Of a stretch of 64,000 bases of DNA, positions 26,366 through 36,495 are shown piece by piece. The DNA lies in the IMG/VR virus record IMGVR_UViG_3300042868_007959, positions 186,001 to 250,000 of that record. One strand, 5' to 3'. The position numbers and the translations under genes are program-made. The notes under the pieces are model-generated. The model saw only the letters and a list, made by a program, of their open reading frames with translations. It was not told the origin of the DNA and ran no database searches. The first letter of the stretch is position 1. Every line of letters begins with the position of its first letter.

Positions 26366-29194
26366 GAATTCATCTGCAATTCCATAATCCTCAAACATAT
26401 ATGTAGGAGATACACCTATACGGTTCCAGAATTCTAATTCTTCATCAGTTATAGTTAATAAATCTATTAATTTATCTTGATCACTTTCGTTAAATGGTTT
26501 ACCTGATGTTAAAGTTAATTCTTGTGCAGTAAAATACTTTCTTTCTAATGGTGATGTTATCATTATATCTTCCCTAACAGAAGGATCGAAACATACTAAT
26601 AATGGTTTTACTCTTTTATTGAAGGCATCTAAATATCTTTCTACATTGTATTCACCTGTCGCATTTGGATCATTTTCTAAAAGATTATTTGGTATGTATC
26701 TACAATTTACAACAATATCTACCTTTGAGGTGTCAGGCATCTTACCATTACTAATATAATAAAGTTCAGTTTCTTTTTTGGTAAATTTACTATGTGCCTT
26801 TGTCTGAACATCTCCATGTGATTTTTTACTACCTGTATTTACATAATAAATTGTATCACCTAAATTAACATTTAAATTTTCATTAATAATTAATTCCATA
26901 TGAGCTTGTCTAGCCATTGACCCACCAGATTTATTTGTAGTTTTCATTTTCTTTTTGTACTCATCTAAAGATATCCTTACTCTAGATTTATTGGCAATTT
27001 TAGAAAGTGGTATTTCTTGATTATAAATCATTTCTATTGTTTCATAATATTCAGTCACAAATTCTAATCCGTTACCATCTAAAAGAAGTCTGATACCTTT
27101 ATCGATAAATTCAGAAATATAAACTGGCATTTTTTTAGACTTAATAGAGTTACCCACTAATTTAACTTTACCATCTATTAAATCTGCGTAATTTTTTCTC
27201 GCTAAGTTAATAGTTGCGGAACATATTTCATCTACATCTAATCCCATCACACCTTTCATATACTTATCATTATATTCAGAAACTACTGCAGACATTCCTT
27301 TATATGTTTTACCTAATTTATTGAAGTGATGATTACCATTTGACGTATAAACATATCTATCTACATCGTTTGGTACAGAGAAGTTGAATCCATCTGTATC
27401 TCCCACTAATGGTTTAAATCCTTTTGATGCGAAAAATCTAATCATATGTCTTAGATATTGTCTACCTGTACATGTAATTTTTTCACCCATATCTGAATCA
27501 CCCCAAGGATAAACGTTTGGTGCGGAAATAGAGCCAAACATTCCATTATTAAGAATTTTAAGTGGTAATTGTTTTTTATCATAATATGAAGATTTTTCTG
27601 AATCACCCTCAACCTCATATTTCTTCTTTAATTCTTTATAAAGATTTCTATAGTCATAGTTGTATTGTAATAACCCTCTCATTGCACCCATAACATCACA
27701 ATCAGTAAATACATTATGTGTCAACTGAATAGATGGGTATAGGGAAGCAAAGTCAAATTTAACTACATTTTGACTAAAACCTACTTCTAATAATCTAGAT
27801 AAACCACCTATAAACCCTTTAGATGGCATAGTATGTGGGATTGCAATACCACTTCTATAATACCACCCTAACATAAGTAATTTCCATGTTGCGGCAGTAC
27901 CCATTGTGGATGATCTCATAAATGATGTTGGTAAAACTTTAGATAAAAGAAAAGTTGCTTGATTAAAAATATTATCTACCTTTTCTGTTTCCCATAAGTC
28001 ATCTATTAGATATCGTTCTACAATATCGCAACCTTTTAGTTTAATTAATCCACCATTATTTAATAATTGTTCTACAGTTTCATCAGATAGGTTAACCTCA
28101 CCAGCGATATCCTTTATCTTACCCCAGTTACCATTTTCTTCGTTTAACCAATAATCATTTTCAGTATCTCCATATATTTTACCTAACTTATCACCTTGTA
28201 TATAAACTCGATTTGATTTTGCAACATTGGAGTATTTTGTTATATATTTTAATCCTGCCTCTTTAATAGAAGAATTAATCGCTTGTGCCCTTCTAACTGC
28301 ATGATATACATCCATAATATTATACCCCCACATATGTGTCTGTTCATAATTTTCCATTTCAGGACCCATTTTAAGTGTTTGAGTCTTTCTATAAAATGGG
28401 ATACTTCCTAATGTCTTGGCAATTTTTGTAATATCAATACCTAAAATCCTGCATCTCTCAACTATAAAATACCAGTCAAAGTTCTCTGAATTATATCCTG
28501 ATATAATTGCTGGTTTAAGATGGTTAATAACTTTAAAAAATGTTGTTATTGCTTCTGACTCTCTATCGTTTATTTCTTCTTCTGTATCACCGTTTATAGA
28601 AAGTACATGTTGGAAATCTCTATTATCCTTCATACCAACCTGAAATATCCTACAAGTTTTAGGATCTAATCCAGTTGTTTCTAAGTCAAATGAAAATCTA
28701 TGGACATCATCATATTCGTCCATCCCTTTAAAAAGTCTTTTACCTGATTGTATTAAAAATTGTTCAGTAGGACTGATAGATAAAAAGTTACTTCTATTTT
28801 CTTCTAAGAATATATCCATCTTTCCCTTTTTGAAAAAATTTAATAAATCCCCATAAGTACCTCTCGATCTAACTAAAAATTTATAACCATTTTCTAAACG
28901 TGATACCGTATCATCATTTTCATCTTTTATCGATAATGGTATAAACTTAATTTTATATTCTTTGATTTTGTTTCTAATTTCTCTTCTATCTCCACCATAT
29001 AACTTACTTAAGTCAATACTCTTCATCCATAAAAAGGGAGTAAACTTATGTTTTTCTATACGTTTCCCATTTTCTGGGTCGTGTATGATAAGATAAACTT
29101 TGTTTTCGTAGTATGAGGATTCTACCCCAACTATATATTTTTGTTCATCGTATCCCTCTAAATACTCTTTAATGTCATCTACTGAAGCAAGCAT
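26327..29194 (-). CDS. Family B DNA polymerase with 3'-5' exonuclease
   Basis: FDLETTG, YNSENFDW, DFASLYPS, KILNNGMFG, GDTDG. Confidence 0.95.
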   Translation of the reverse strand: MLASVDDIKEYLEGYDEQKYIVGVESSYYENKVYLIIHDPENGKRIEKHKFTPFLWMKSIDLSKLYGGDRREIRNKIKEYKIKFIPLSIKDENDDTVSRLENGYKFLVRSRGTYGDLLNFFKKGKMDIFLEENRSNFLSISPTEQFLIQSGKRLFKGMDEYDDVHRFSFDLETTGLDPKTCRIFQVGMKDNRDFQHVLSINGDTEEEINDRESEAITTFFKVINHLKPAIISGYNSENFDWYFIVERCRILGIDITKIAKTLGSIPFYRKTQTLKMGPEMENYEQTHMWGYNIMDVYHAVRRAQAINSSIKEAGLKYITKYSNVAKSNRVYIQGDKLGKIYGDTENDYWLNEENGNWGKIKDIAGEVNLSDETVEQLLNNGGLIKLKGCDIVERYLIDDLWETEKVDNIFNQATFLLSKVLPTSFMRSSTMGTAATWKLLMLGWYYRSGIAIPHTMPSKGFIGGLSRLLEVGFSQNVVKFDFASLYPSIQLTHNVFTDCDVMGAMRGLLQYNYDYRNLYKELKKKYEVEGDSEKSSYYDKKQLPLKILNNGMFGSISAPNVYPWGDSDMGEKITCTGRQYLRHMIRFFASKGFKPLVGDTDGFNFSVPNDVDRYVYTSNGNHHFNKLGKTYKGMSAVVSEYNDKYMKGVMGLDVDEICSATINLARKNYADLIDGKVKLVGNSIKSKKMPVYISEFIDKGIRLLLDGNGLEFVTEYYETIEMIYNQEIPLSKIANKSRVRISLDEYKKKMKTTNKSGGSMARQAHMELIINENLNVNLGDTIYYVNTGSKKSHGDVQTKAHSKFTKKETELYYISNGKMPDTSKVDIVVNCRYIPNNLLENDPNATGEYNVERYLDAFNKRVKPLLVCFDPSVREDIMITSPLERKYFTAQELTLTSGKPFNESDQDKLIDLLTITDEELEFWNRIGVSPTYMFEDYGIADEFSYDVKTQRSISQ

Positions 29195-29222
29195 ATTTTA
29201 TTTATTAAAAACTTTTTAAGTA

Positions 29223-29230
29223 CAAATATA
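29223..29230 (-). promoter_or_regulatory. Bacteroidota-type -7 element TATATTTG upstream of DNA polymerase
   Basis: caaatata on the + strand, with TTG about 21 nt further upstream. Confidence 0.6.
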
Positions 29231-29249
29231 CTAAATTATTTTTAATATA

Positions 29250-29618
29250 TCAATTATCTAAAACATTTATAAATAATTCGTCTCTAATAGGTGCGATTAA
29301 TTTACCTGTACCATCTAGAAAATTAATTGTAAAGTACCCATTATATCTTCCAGACTTATTTGTTTGTTGTTCTGTAAACTTATATGTTATAAAATATGTT
29401 GGGGTTTCACTATTTTCACAATCATTGGCAACCGACATTTCTATGTATGATGGTGAACATGAAATTTTTTTGACTTTTGTTTCTACATCGTACATAGTAA
29501 ATGTTATAGTAGCGTTTTGTATTTTCTCATAAAACTTACGAAAATCATTTCTACCGTCATTAACTAATTCCATTTTTAGTTTTGGTAGTGTACTATCTTT
29601 GTTGATAAAAAATTCCAT
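29250..29618 (-). CDS. Small Ig-like virion protein (BppU-like)
   Basis: FFINKDSTLP.L, Y.F...T...GRY.G.F.I.F; late motif 29624-29631. Confidence 0.5.
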   Translation of the reverse strand: MEFFINKDSTLPKLKMELVNDGRNDFRKFYEKIQNATITFTMYDVETKVKKISCSPSYIEMSVANDCENSETPTYFITYKFTEQQTNKSGRYNGYFTINFLDGTGKLIAPIRDELFINVLDN

Positions 29619-29630
29619 ATTATATAAATA

Positions 29631-31295
29631 TTAACCATTATTAATTTCTTCCCTTATTGTTGTAATATCTAAACTACAACCAAATAATTTAAATTTACTA
29701 ATCCCACCTTCAAAAGTACCAGCAAAATTTTCTTGTAGTACTAAGTTTTCGTCCTTAATATCAGGACCATTAACCGTATTAGATTCTATTAATCCTTGAG
29801 TACCTCCACCTAAACTGTAATTAAATGGAACACCTTGTTGTTTTTCTCTATATTCATCTAATTCCCTAAAAATAAACTCATCAAAATCCTCTAAAGTCCA
29901 TTTTAAATATCCATTAACATAAACTGTTAATACACCTTTTCTTCTAGGTTTATTCACTAATTCACATTGGGTATATTGTTCATAAGGTTTAAACCTTATT
30001 GCAACATTTGTCCACACATCTTCTGATATAATACCAGGAGAACTATAACATTCATAAATACTAGTTCCTGTAACATATTTTGTGGTTACCGAAGTTGCCG
30101 TAGTAGTTCCTGTACACCCACATCCACATTGTTCATGACAATCTACTATTGTCGTTGCCGTAACTGCCGAACAAACTCCTGTCAATATTATAGTTCTAAA
30201 CCCTATACTTCCATCATCCTTAATTCTAAACCCTAATGCGTTATCTATAATGTCCGCATTTTTATCTTTTTCTTGTGTTATTTCTGTAGTTATACCACTA
30301 AAACAACAACAACTTGATGGTTGATATACTAAAAAAGGATTATTATTTAACACTTCTTCTGAAATCACAGGTGGGGGTAAAGGATATCCTGATGAGGTAG
30401 TATACCCAGTTTCACCACTAAATAAATCCCAAAACTTATTTTCTGCCCTAGTACCCATATAAAAGAAAAATCCTTTATTATTAGGGTATGTATTATTAAG
30501 TGTATTACCTACACAAGATTCGGAACTTTTATTTAATAAGAACGTTGCCGTCCACCCATCTAAACATTCGACATCTAAACCACCTAATCTTTCAGGTAAT
30601 ATTTGATAATTGTATGGAATTGGTTTTGTATCTAAATAACATTGATACGCCTTATTCGGATCGACAGTACAAGTTTGTCCTGTTGTATCACCCGTACCAC
30701 AACAATCAGTTACGGTGTCTCCACTACAAATAGTAGGACATCTAAACCAATCTAACGGCCAAATAAATTTATTATCACTTATTTCATTGAAATAGGTGAT
30801 ATCAGATAATTTAAAGAATCCTTGATAAAACCCACCACATAATTGAGAATATCTACCTACCTCTAAGTCCGTAAGAACATCTATTGGGTAATCGTATGTA
30901 CAACCAGTAACTCTAGTCATAGAGAACCTTGTATCTGCTGATGTTAATGTTAAAGATGATCCTGTAAACGATGATAAAAAAGTTGCCCCACTGGTTGGTG
31001 TATTACAATCGTATATTATAAAACCATTATCAATACCCGTCAAACCAATATCATTTAATGTGATTCCACTACCATTGATTGTTGCACCTGTCCAAGTAGT
31101 TAAACTATAAAGAGTATTTCCTGAGTAACACGCATCATTATCAATATCAATGTCAACTAAAATACAATCCTCTAATATTTGATCATTATCTTGTTCGTCT
31201 GTACAATCATAACATAAAAATAAGTCCCAGTAGTCACTGTTACTTAATCTCATTTTTAAACAATTGTCAAAATTATGTTGGTATATATTACTCAT
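29631..31295 (-). CDS. Cys-rich virion protein with LamG/concanavalin-like fold
   Basis: WTNVAIRF...LTVYVNG...FEGGISKFKLF; about 27 Cys. Confidence 0.55.
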   Translation of the reverse strand: MSNIYQHNFDNCLKMRLSNSDYWDLFLCYDCTDEQDNDQILEDCILVDIDIDNDACYSGNTLYSLTTWTGATINGSGITLNDIGLTGIDNGFIIYDCNTPTSGATFLSSFTGSSLTLTSADTRFSMTRVTGCTYDYPIDVLTDLEVGRYSQLCGGFYQGFFKLSDITYFNEISDNKFIWPLDWFRCPTICSGDTVTDCCGTGDTTGQTCTVDPNKAYQCYLDTKPIPYNYQILPERLGGLDVECLDGWTATFLLNKSSESCVGNTLNNTYPNNKGFFFYMGTRAENKFWDLFSGETGYTTSSGYPLPPPVISEEVLNNNPFLVYQPSSCCCFSGITTEITQEKDKNADIIDNALGFRIKDDGSIGFRTIILTGVCSAVTATTIVDCHEQCGCGCTGTTTATSVTTKYVTGTSIYECYSSPGIISEDVWTNVAIRFKPYEQYTQCELVNKPRRKGVLTVYVNGYLKWTLEDFDEFIFRELDEYREKQQGVPFNYSLGGGTQGLIESNTVNGPDIKDENLVLQENFAGTFEGGISKFKLFGCSLDITTIREEINNG

Positions 31296-34200
31296 CTAAT
31301 TAAATATAGGGCGATATCATTATTTATATCTTTCATTTTTATCCACCTACTTGGTATCTGTTGATTTTTCAGTACCCTTACTTGACCGACTAACCCAACA
31401 ACATTCCATTCAGGTCTTTCAGATCTAGGGATATATAACATATTAGGATCAAAATTTTGACTTAATTTTGGTGTTTGTTCCGTTATTGTTTTGTAAATGG
31501 TTTCACCACTTTCAGTTATATAATCTATCATATCATATGAATAGTCTTCCATAATATATCTACCCCATTCATCTTTTTCATATTTTCCTACCCATTCATC
31601 TGCGGTACCTCCTTCATTGTTACCGATAAGTGTAGGGTTAGAAGAAATAACACCCATAGCGTTATTTGCGTCAACACATACTTTTATTTTATCATCTACT
31701 AATTCGACTACTGTACCGTAAGGTATTGAATCTCCTGATAAAGATTCAAAGTATTCAGCGTAATCCGCACCAGAGTTATATGTTGCACCAGCACCATAAA
31801 CATTACCAGCCGAATCGACTCTAAATGCATTTGATCTAGAGGCGTTACTGGTACCTTTACCGATAATGAAGTATTGGTTAGCGTTTGTTATATTATTATA
31901 TTTACCAGATACGTGTTGTCCTGCTTCATAAGCAATAGTACCCAAACCCTCTGAGTGAGAATATTGAGTAGTTGCAGATGTTTGGTAACCCTCTGAGTGC
32001 GAATAATCTCCAGTAGATTCTGTGGAATACCCTTCAGCGTGAGAATATTGACCAATAGATTCTGACCTAAAACCTTCAGAATGTGAATATGCCCCAATAG
32101 AATCAGTATCATATCCTTCAGAATGTGAAGCAGTACCTTGAGCTATTGTAAATCTACCTTCAGAATGTGAATATGACCCAATAGAATCTGATCTATCACC
32201 TTCAGCGTGTGAACTAATTCCTGATGCCAAAGTCTGAAACCCTTCTGAGTGTGAATAGGAAGTTGTTGCAGATGTTTGGAATCCTTCAGCGTGTGAAGCA
32301 ATTCCTGATGATAAAGTTTCTCTACCTTCAGCGTGTGAATGTGAATTAGTTGCACTTGTTTGAAGTCCTTCAGCGTGTGAACTTAGTCCTGATGCCAAAG
32401 TTTGTTGACCTTCAGCGTGTGAATAGAAAGTTGTTGCACTTGTTTGATTGCCTTCAGCGTGTGAACTAGTTCCTGTAGCCAAAGTCTCTGCCCCTTCAGC
32501 GTGTGAATAGGAAGTTGTTGCACTTGTTTGATCACCTTCAGCGTGTGAATATACCCCCAATGCTAAAGTAAAGCTACCTTCAGCGTGTGAACCAGTTCCT
32601 GATGCCAAAGTTTGGTTCCCTTCAGCGTGTGAATAGGCAGTTGTTGCAGACGTACTTATACCCTCTGCGTGAGAAGCAGTTCCTGACGCTAAAGTACCTA
32701 TACCTTCAGCGTGTGAAGAGTAAGTTGTTGCACTTGTCGGATTAGGAACTAACCCAGATTTACCGAAAAATACCCCACCTTCTGCGTGTGAAGCAGTTCC
32801 TGAAGCAATATTACCGACACCTTCAGAGTGTGAATATTGTCCTGATGCAGTTGTTCCCGATCCTTCAGCGTGTGAAGCAGTTCCTGATGCAATAGTTGTA
32901 CCTCCTTCAGCATGAGAAACATCTCCAGATGCTAAAGTACTTACACCTTCAGAGTGTGAATTAATACCACTAGCAGTTGTAGTATCCCCTTCAGCGTGTG
33001 AATTTTGTCCTGATGCCAAAGTCACACGTCCTTCTGCGTGTGACCCAAATCCTGATGCAATAGTTGATTGACCTTCAGCGTGTGAATGTCGTCCTGACGC
33101 TAAAGTACCTATACCTTCAGCGTGTGAAGAGTAAGTTGTTGCACTTGTTGGTATACCTACTAACCCTAACTTACCTAAAAATGCCCCACCCTCAGCGTGT
33201 GAAGCAATACCTGAGGCAATATTAAAATAACCTTCAGCGTGTGAATAATCACCACTTGCGGTTGTAATCCAACCCTCAGAGTGAGAACTAGTACCACTAG
33301 CAGTTGTCTGATAACCTTCAGAGTGTGAATAATCCCCACTCGCAATTGTTTGAAATCCTTCCGCATGTGATGTAGCCCCACTTGCGGTTGATAAATTACC
33401 TTCAGCATGTGAATAATCACCGATAGCACTTGTTTGAACTCCTTCAGAGTGCGACATAATCCCAATTGCAAATGTATCCGCCCCTTCAGCGTGTGAAAAA
33501 TCACCACTAGCAGTTGTTTGGAATCCTTCAGCGTGTGAACCAAAGTTTCCACCTGCAATTGTTTGATAACCTTCCGCATGTGATGTATCACCACTTGCGG
33601 TTGTCTGATAACCCTGAGCCAATGATAATAAACCACTAGCGACTGATCCACTATTTTTAACCACTATTGCGTCTACACCTGTTGATGCCGTCCAAAATGT
33701 TACTCCTGATGTGGCACCCGATGCAGATAACCAAGTGGCGTTACCAACAGAGTCGGAAACTAAAACATAACCATTTGTTGCTCCTGATGTAACTTGTAAA
33801 GTTGTTGTTTTTGTCTTACCACTAACATCTAGTTTTTCAGATGGTGTCGTAGTTCCAATACCTAAATAACCTGCAATATAATTATATCCCTCATCTTTTA
33901 TATATATACCCCATCTATTTGTTGGTGGGGGGATATTTCCAGATCTTGTGGATTGATCATCCATATAAAACCCATATATATTATTTGTTGATCCATTATG
34001 GGTTAAAGTTATATCAAAACCATTCATCCAAAAACCAACATACTCATTTATAGTACCACCTGCAGTCAAATTCCTTAATACAGATGACGAACTTTTAACT
34101 ATATCATTGTAAGTTCCTGTGTTTGTTTGAATTTGTACTACATTAATTTCGGATGTTAAAGCTTCATTACTATTTAATAATGATAAATCACCTGTATATA

Positions 34201-36436
34201 ATATTAGATTTGCCTTTGAATAAAATTCCCCATTTGTTGGTGATGTTATGTTTGGATATAATAGTGTACCGTCACCAACAACATTAGATGATGATGTGGT
34301 TGTTGGTCTAAATTCTTTGTATATAGATTTTATAGTAGATGTGTCCGTAGGTGTTGAAACTCCGTCTAAATAATAAAAAGATGGTGATGTACCTGTTGTT
34401 AATGAAGACGTTTTAAAAAACGATGTACCACTAACTGTTAATCTTTCCGTAGGTGAAGACGTACCGATACCAACGTACCCTCTTGTTACACCACTACCTT
34501 GTATATGTATATCGGGTGTATTTCCTGAAGACGCATCTTGACCAGCATAAAATCTTATATAATCTGCACTAGTAGCACCGTATTCACTTATAATATTTAA
34601 ACCGTAAGCGTTTACACCTGCATATAAGTGAACATCTCCCGGATTACCATAGTCTGGATATAGTAAATCATCCCAAGACCTAATACCTAAACTGACAGAT
34701 GCTTGTGGTTTTGTTAAATATGGTGGAATCTCCACGCTAAATCTAGGAACATTTGTTTTTCCACTTATTGCAAATCTACCCCCTACGGATGTTGGATCAT
34801 AAAAAAGTCTAGAATTTGTGTTAACGACATCTAATAAATATTGTGGGTTAGATGTATTAATACCAACGTACCCTCTTGTTACACCACTACCTTGTATATG
34901 TATATCAGGAGTTGTACCATTTGCAGTTTGTCCCGCATAGAATCTAATATAGTCTTCAGTACCCGTACCAGGTGAATTAATTAAGTTTAACCCATTTGAC
35001 GCATTACCCGCATATGTAAACATATCCCCTACTTTACCATACACAGGAGTAAGTGTATCATCCCAAGCCCTCATACCTAATTGACCTCCCGCAACTGGTT
35101 TAGTCAAATATGGTGCAATTGTTATACCTAATCTTGGTAGATTTGTATTTCCACTTATTACAACCAATCCACCAAACGATGTGGGATCATAATAAAGTCT
35201 AGAATTTGTGTTAACAACATCTAAAGAATATTGTGGAGTCTCTGTACCGATACCTAATCTACTATTGGTAACATCAATTGTAACTCCACTAGTGGAACCA
35301 AAATAAACATTTCCTTCATCCAAAGGATTAACATTTAAAGGAGAACAAGAATGTATGTTCGATACATATAAATCATTGACACAATCTCCTGACGAACCTA
35401 TTGTATCTGCAGAAAAATTAATTATTGTCCCTGAATTCGCACTTAATGATGGATCAAATAACCAAACACCGTTTGAGTCCGAATATATTCTAGAATCTAC
35501 ACCATTACTGACACCATCTTCTAGTGTAAAACCACCACCGATTGCGGTTAAATGTGTTCCACTATAATTTAAAATAATATTATTATCTTTAGATCTAATA
35601 ATTTCTGTGTTTATTGTAGTGGCAGAACCATTTACAATTACATCACCATTTATAGTAACATCCGAATTGAATGTAATACCTGAAGAACAATCATTTATTG
35701 TTTCTAAATTAACTATTGGTAAACATGATCCTGAAAGTAATGAAGATAAGGAATTCCAACCCCCTTTACCCGTATCATCTATTTGAGTCAATACATAATT
35801 AGTTGTCGCTGAACTAGCACCATTACTTATAGTAATTTTATTTGTAATTAATCTACCATCTACTGATATATTTTCTTTAGATGATAAATAATCTAACGGT
35901 CCTTTATAATCTAAGGTACCCGCAGAAAAGTTTTCTTGGGAAGCACTTGTGACACCACTAAATACATTGGGATTAAATTGAGATACATTGATAAAACTAT
36001 ATGTTACACTATAACCAGTATATTCTGTACCTATTATATAGTCACCAGTATACCCTGTTTGTGTTAATGTCCAAAACGGACCAACCACTTGTGTGTCCGC
36101 ACTCAGTATTGTAATGGGTAATGTTAACCCCGAAGTCGTAGCCGAAAATAAAGGATTAGTCCAAGTGGTTGCGGTATACCCACTAAAAAGTGGATTGTAA
36201 TAAGGTGATAATGGGTTTGAGACATCGAAAACGGTAGTTCCTGTGTTCCCACTAAACACTGCGTTTTCTGTCGAAACAACCCCTAATGAAACAGTTGTTG
36301 CGGTATTGACACCTGTTGGGTAACTACTAAATGGTATTCCTGATAGTATTTTACCGTCAAAAGTTGCAGTTTCACCAGTTATTATCTTAGCTTGTCTTGA
36401 AAGATCTAATAATGTTGTAAATTTATTTATAGGCAT
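31292..36436 (-). CDS. Large tail fibre/spike with YadA-head-like 14-aa repeats and C-terminal intramolecular chaperone (Peptidase G2-like)
   Basis: GIGTxxP fibre motifs, ~40 SH[AS]EG repeats, GADYAEYFE...YIPRSERPEWNVVGLVGQVRV. Confidence 0.85.
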   Translation of the reverse strand: MPINKFTTLLDLSRQAKIITGETATFDGKILSGIPFSSYPTGVNTATTVSLGVVSTENAVFSGNTGTTVFDVSNPLSPYYNPLFSGYTATTWTNPLFSATTSGLTLPITILSADTQVVGPFWTLTQTGYTGDYIIGTEYTGYSVTYSFINVSQFNPNVFSGVTSASQENFSAGTLDYKGPLDYLSSKENISVDGRLITNKITISNGASSATTNYVLTQIDDTGKGGWNSLSSLLSGSCLPIVNLETINDCSSGITFNSDVTINGDVIVNGSATTINTEIIRSKDNNIILNYSGTHLTAIGGGFTLEDGVSNGVDSRIYSDSNGVWLFDPSLSANSGTIINFSADTIGSSGDCVNDLYVSNIHSCSPLNVNPLDEGNVYFGSTSGVTIDVTNSRLGIGTETPQYSLDVVNTNSRLYYDPTSFGGLVVISGNTNLPRLGITIAPYLTKPVAGGQLGMRAWDDTLTPVYGKVGDMFTYAGNASNGLNLINSPGTGTEDYIRFYAGQTANGTTPDIHIQGSGVTRGYVGINTSNPQYLLDVVNTNSRLFYDPTSVGGRFAISGKTNVPRFSVEIPPYLTKPQASVSLGIRSWDDLLYPDYGNPGDVHLYAGVNAYGLNIISEYGATSADYIRFYAGQDASSGNTPDIHIQGSGVTRGYVGIGTSSPTERLTVSGTSFFKTSSLTTGTSPSFYYLDGVSTPTDTSTIKSIYKEFRPTTTSSSNVVGDGTLLYPNITSPTNGEFYSKANLILYTGDLSLLNSNEALTSEINVVQIQTNTGTYNDIVKSSSSVLRNLTAGGTINEYVGFWMNGFDITLTHNGSTNNIYGFYMDDQSTRSGNIPPPTNRWGIYIKDEGYNYIAGYLGIGTTTPSEKLDVSGKTKTTTLQVTSGATNGYVLVSDSVGNATWLSASGATSGVTFWTASTGVDAIVVKNSGSVASGLLSLAQGYQTTASGDTSHAEGYQTIAGGNFGSHAEGFQTTASGDFSHAEGADTFAIGIMSHSEGVQTSAIGDYSHAEGNLSTASGATSHAEGFQTIASGDYSHSEGYQTTASGTSSHSEGWITTASGDYSHAEGYFNIASGIASHAEGGAFLGKLGLVGIPTSATTYSSHAEGIGTLASGRHSHAEGQSTIASGFGSHAEGRVTLASGQNSHAEGDTTTASGINSHSEGVSTLASGDVSHAEGGTTIASGTASHAEGSGTTASGQYSHSEGVGNIASGTASHAEGGVFFGKSGLVPNPTSATTYSSHAEGIGTLASGTASHAEGISTSATTAYSHAEGNQTLASGTGSHAEGSFTLALGVYSHAEGDQTSATTSYSHAEGAETLATGTSSHAEGNQTSATTFYSHAEGQQTLASGLSSHAEGLQTSATNSHSHAEGRETLSSGIASHAEGFQTSATTSYSHSEGFQTLASGISSHAEGDRSDSIGSYSHSEGRFTIAQGTASHSEGYDTDSIGAYSHSEGFRSESIGQYSHAEGYSTESTGDYSHSEGYQTSATTQYSHSEGLGTIAYEAGQHVSGKYNNITNANQYFIIGKGTSNASRSNAFRVDSAGNVYGAGATYNSGADYAEYFESLSGDSIPYGTVVELVDDKIKVCVDANNAMGVISSNPTLIGNNEGGTADEWVGKYEKDEWGRYIMEDYSYDMIDYITESGETIYKTITEQTPKLSQNFDPNMLYIPRSERPEWNVVGLVGQVRVLKNQQIPSRWIKMKDINNDIALYLIR
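31945..33620 (-). repeat. Coding tandem array of 42-bp units (xASGxxSHAEGxxT)
   Basis: ccttcagcgtgtga core recurring with 42-bp period, in frame. Confidence 0.95.
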
Positions 36437-36495
36437 AACTTTATTTTTAAATAAATATTTAGAATTGTGTTATATTTATATAAAAAAGATTTATT

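Noticed and set aside
26327-29194. Intein or intron in polymerase (also checked in the helicase)
   Set aside because: Motif spacing and lengths look normal; no intein termini or homing endonuclease motifs seen.
31945-33620. Regularly spaced ccttcagcgtgtga units resembling a CRISPR array
   Set aside because: The 42-bp period is in frame inside the fibre gene, the units are degenerate at synonymous sites, and there are no cas genes.
31292-36436. Diversity-generating retroelement TR/VR pair
   Set aside because: No reverse transcriptase in the window; the repeats are internal coding duplications without evident adenine-only differences.
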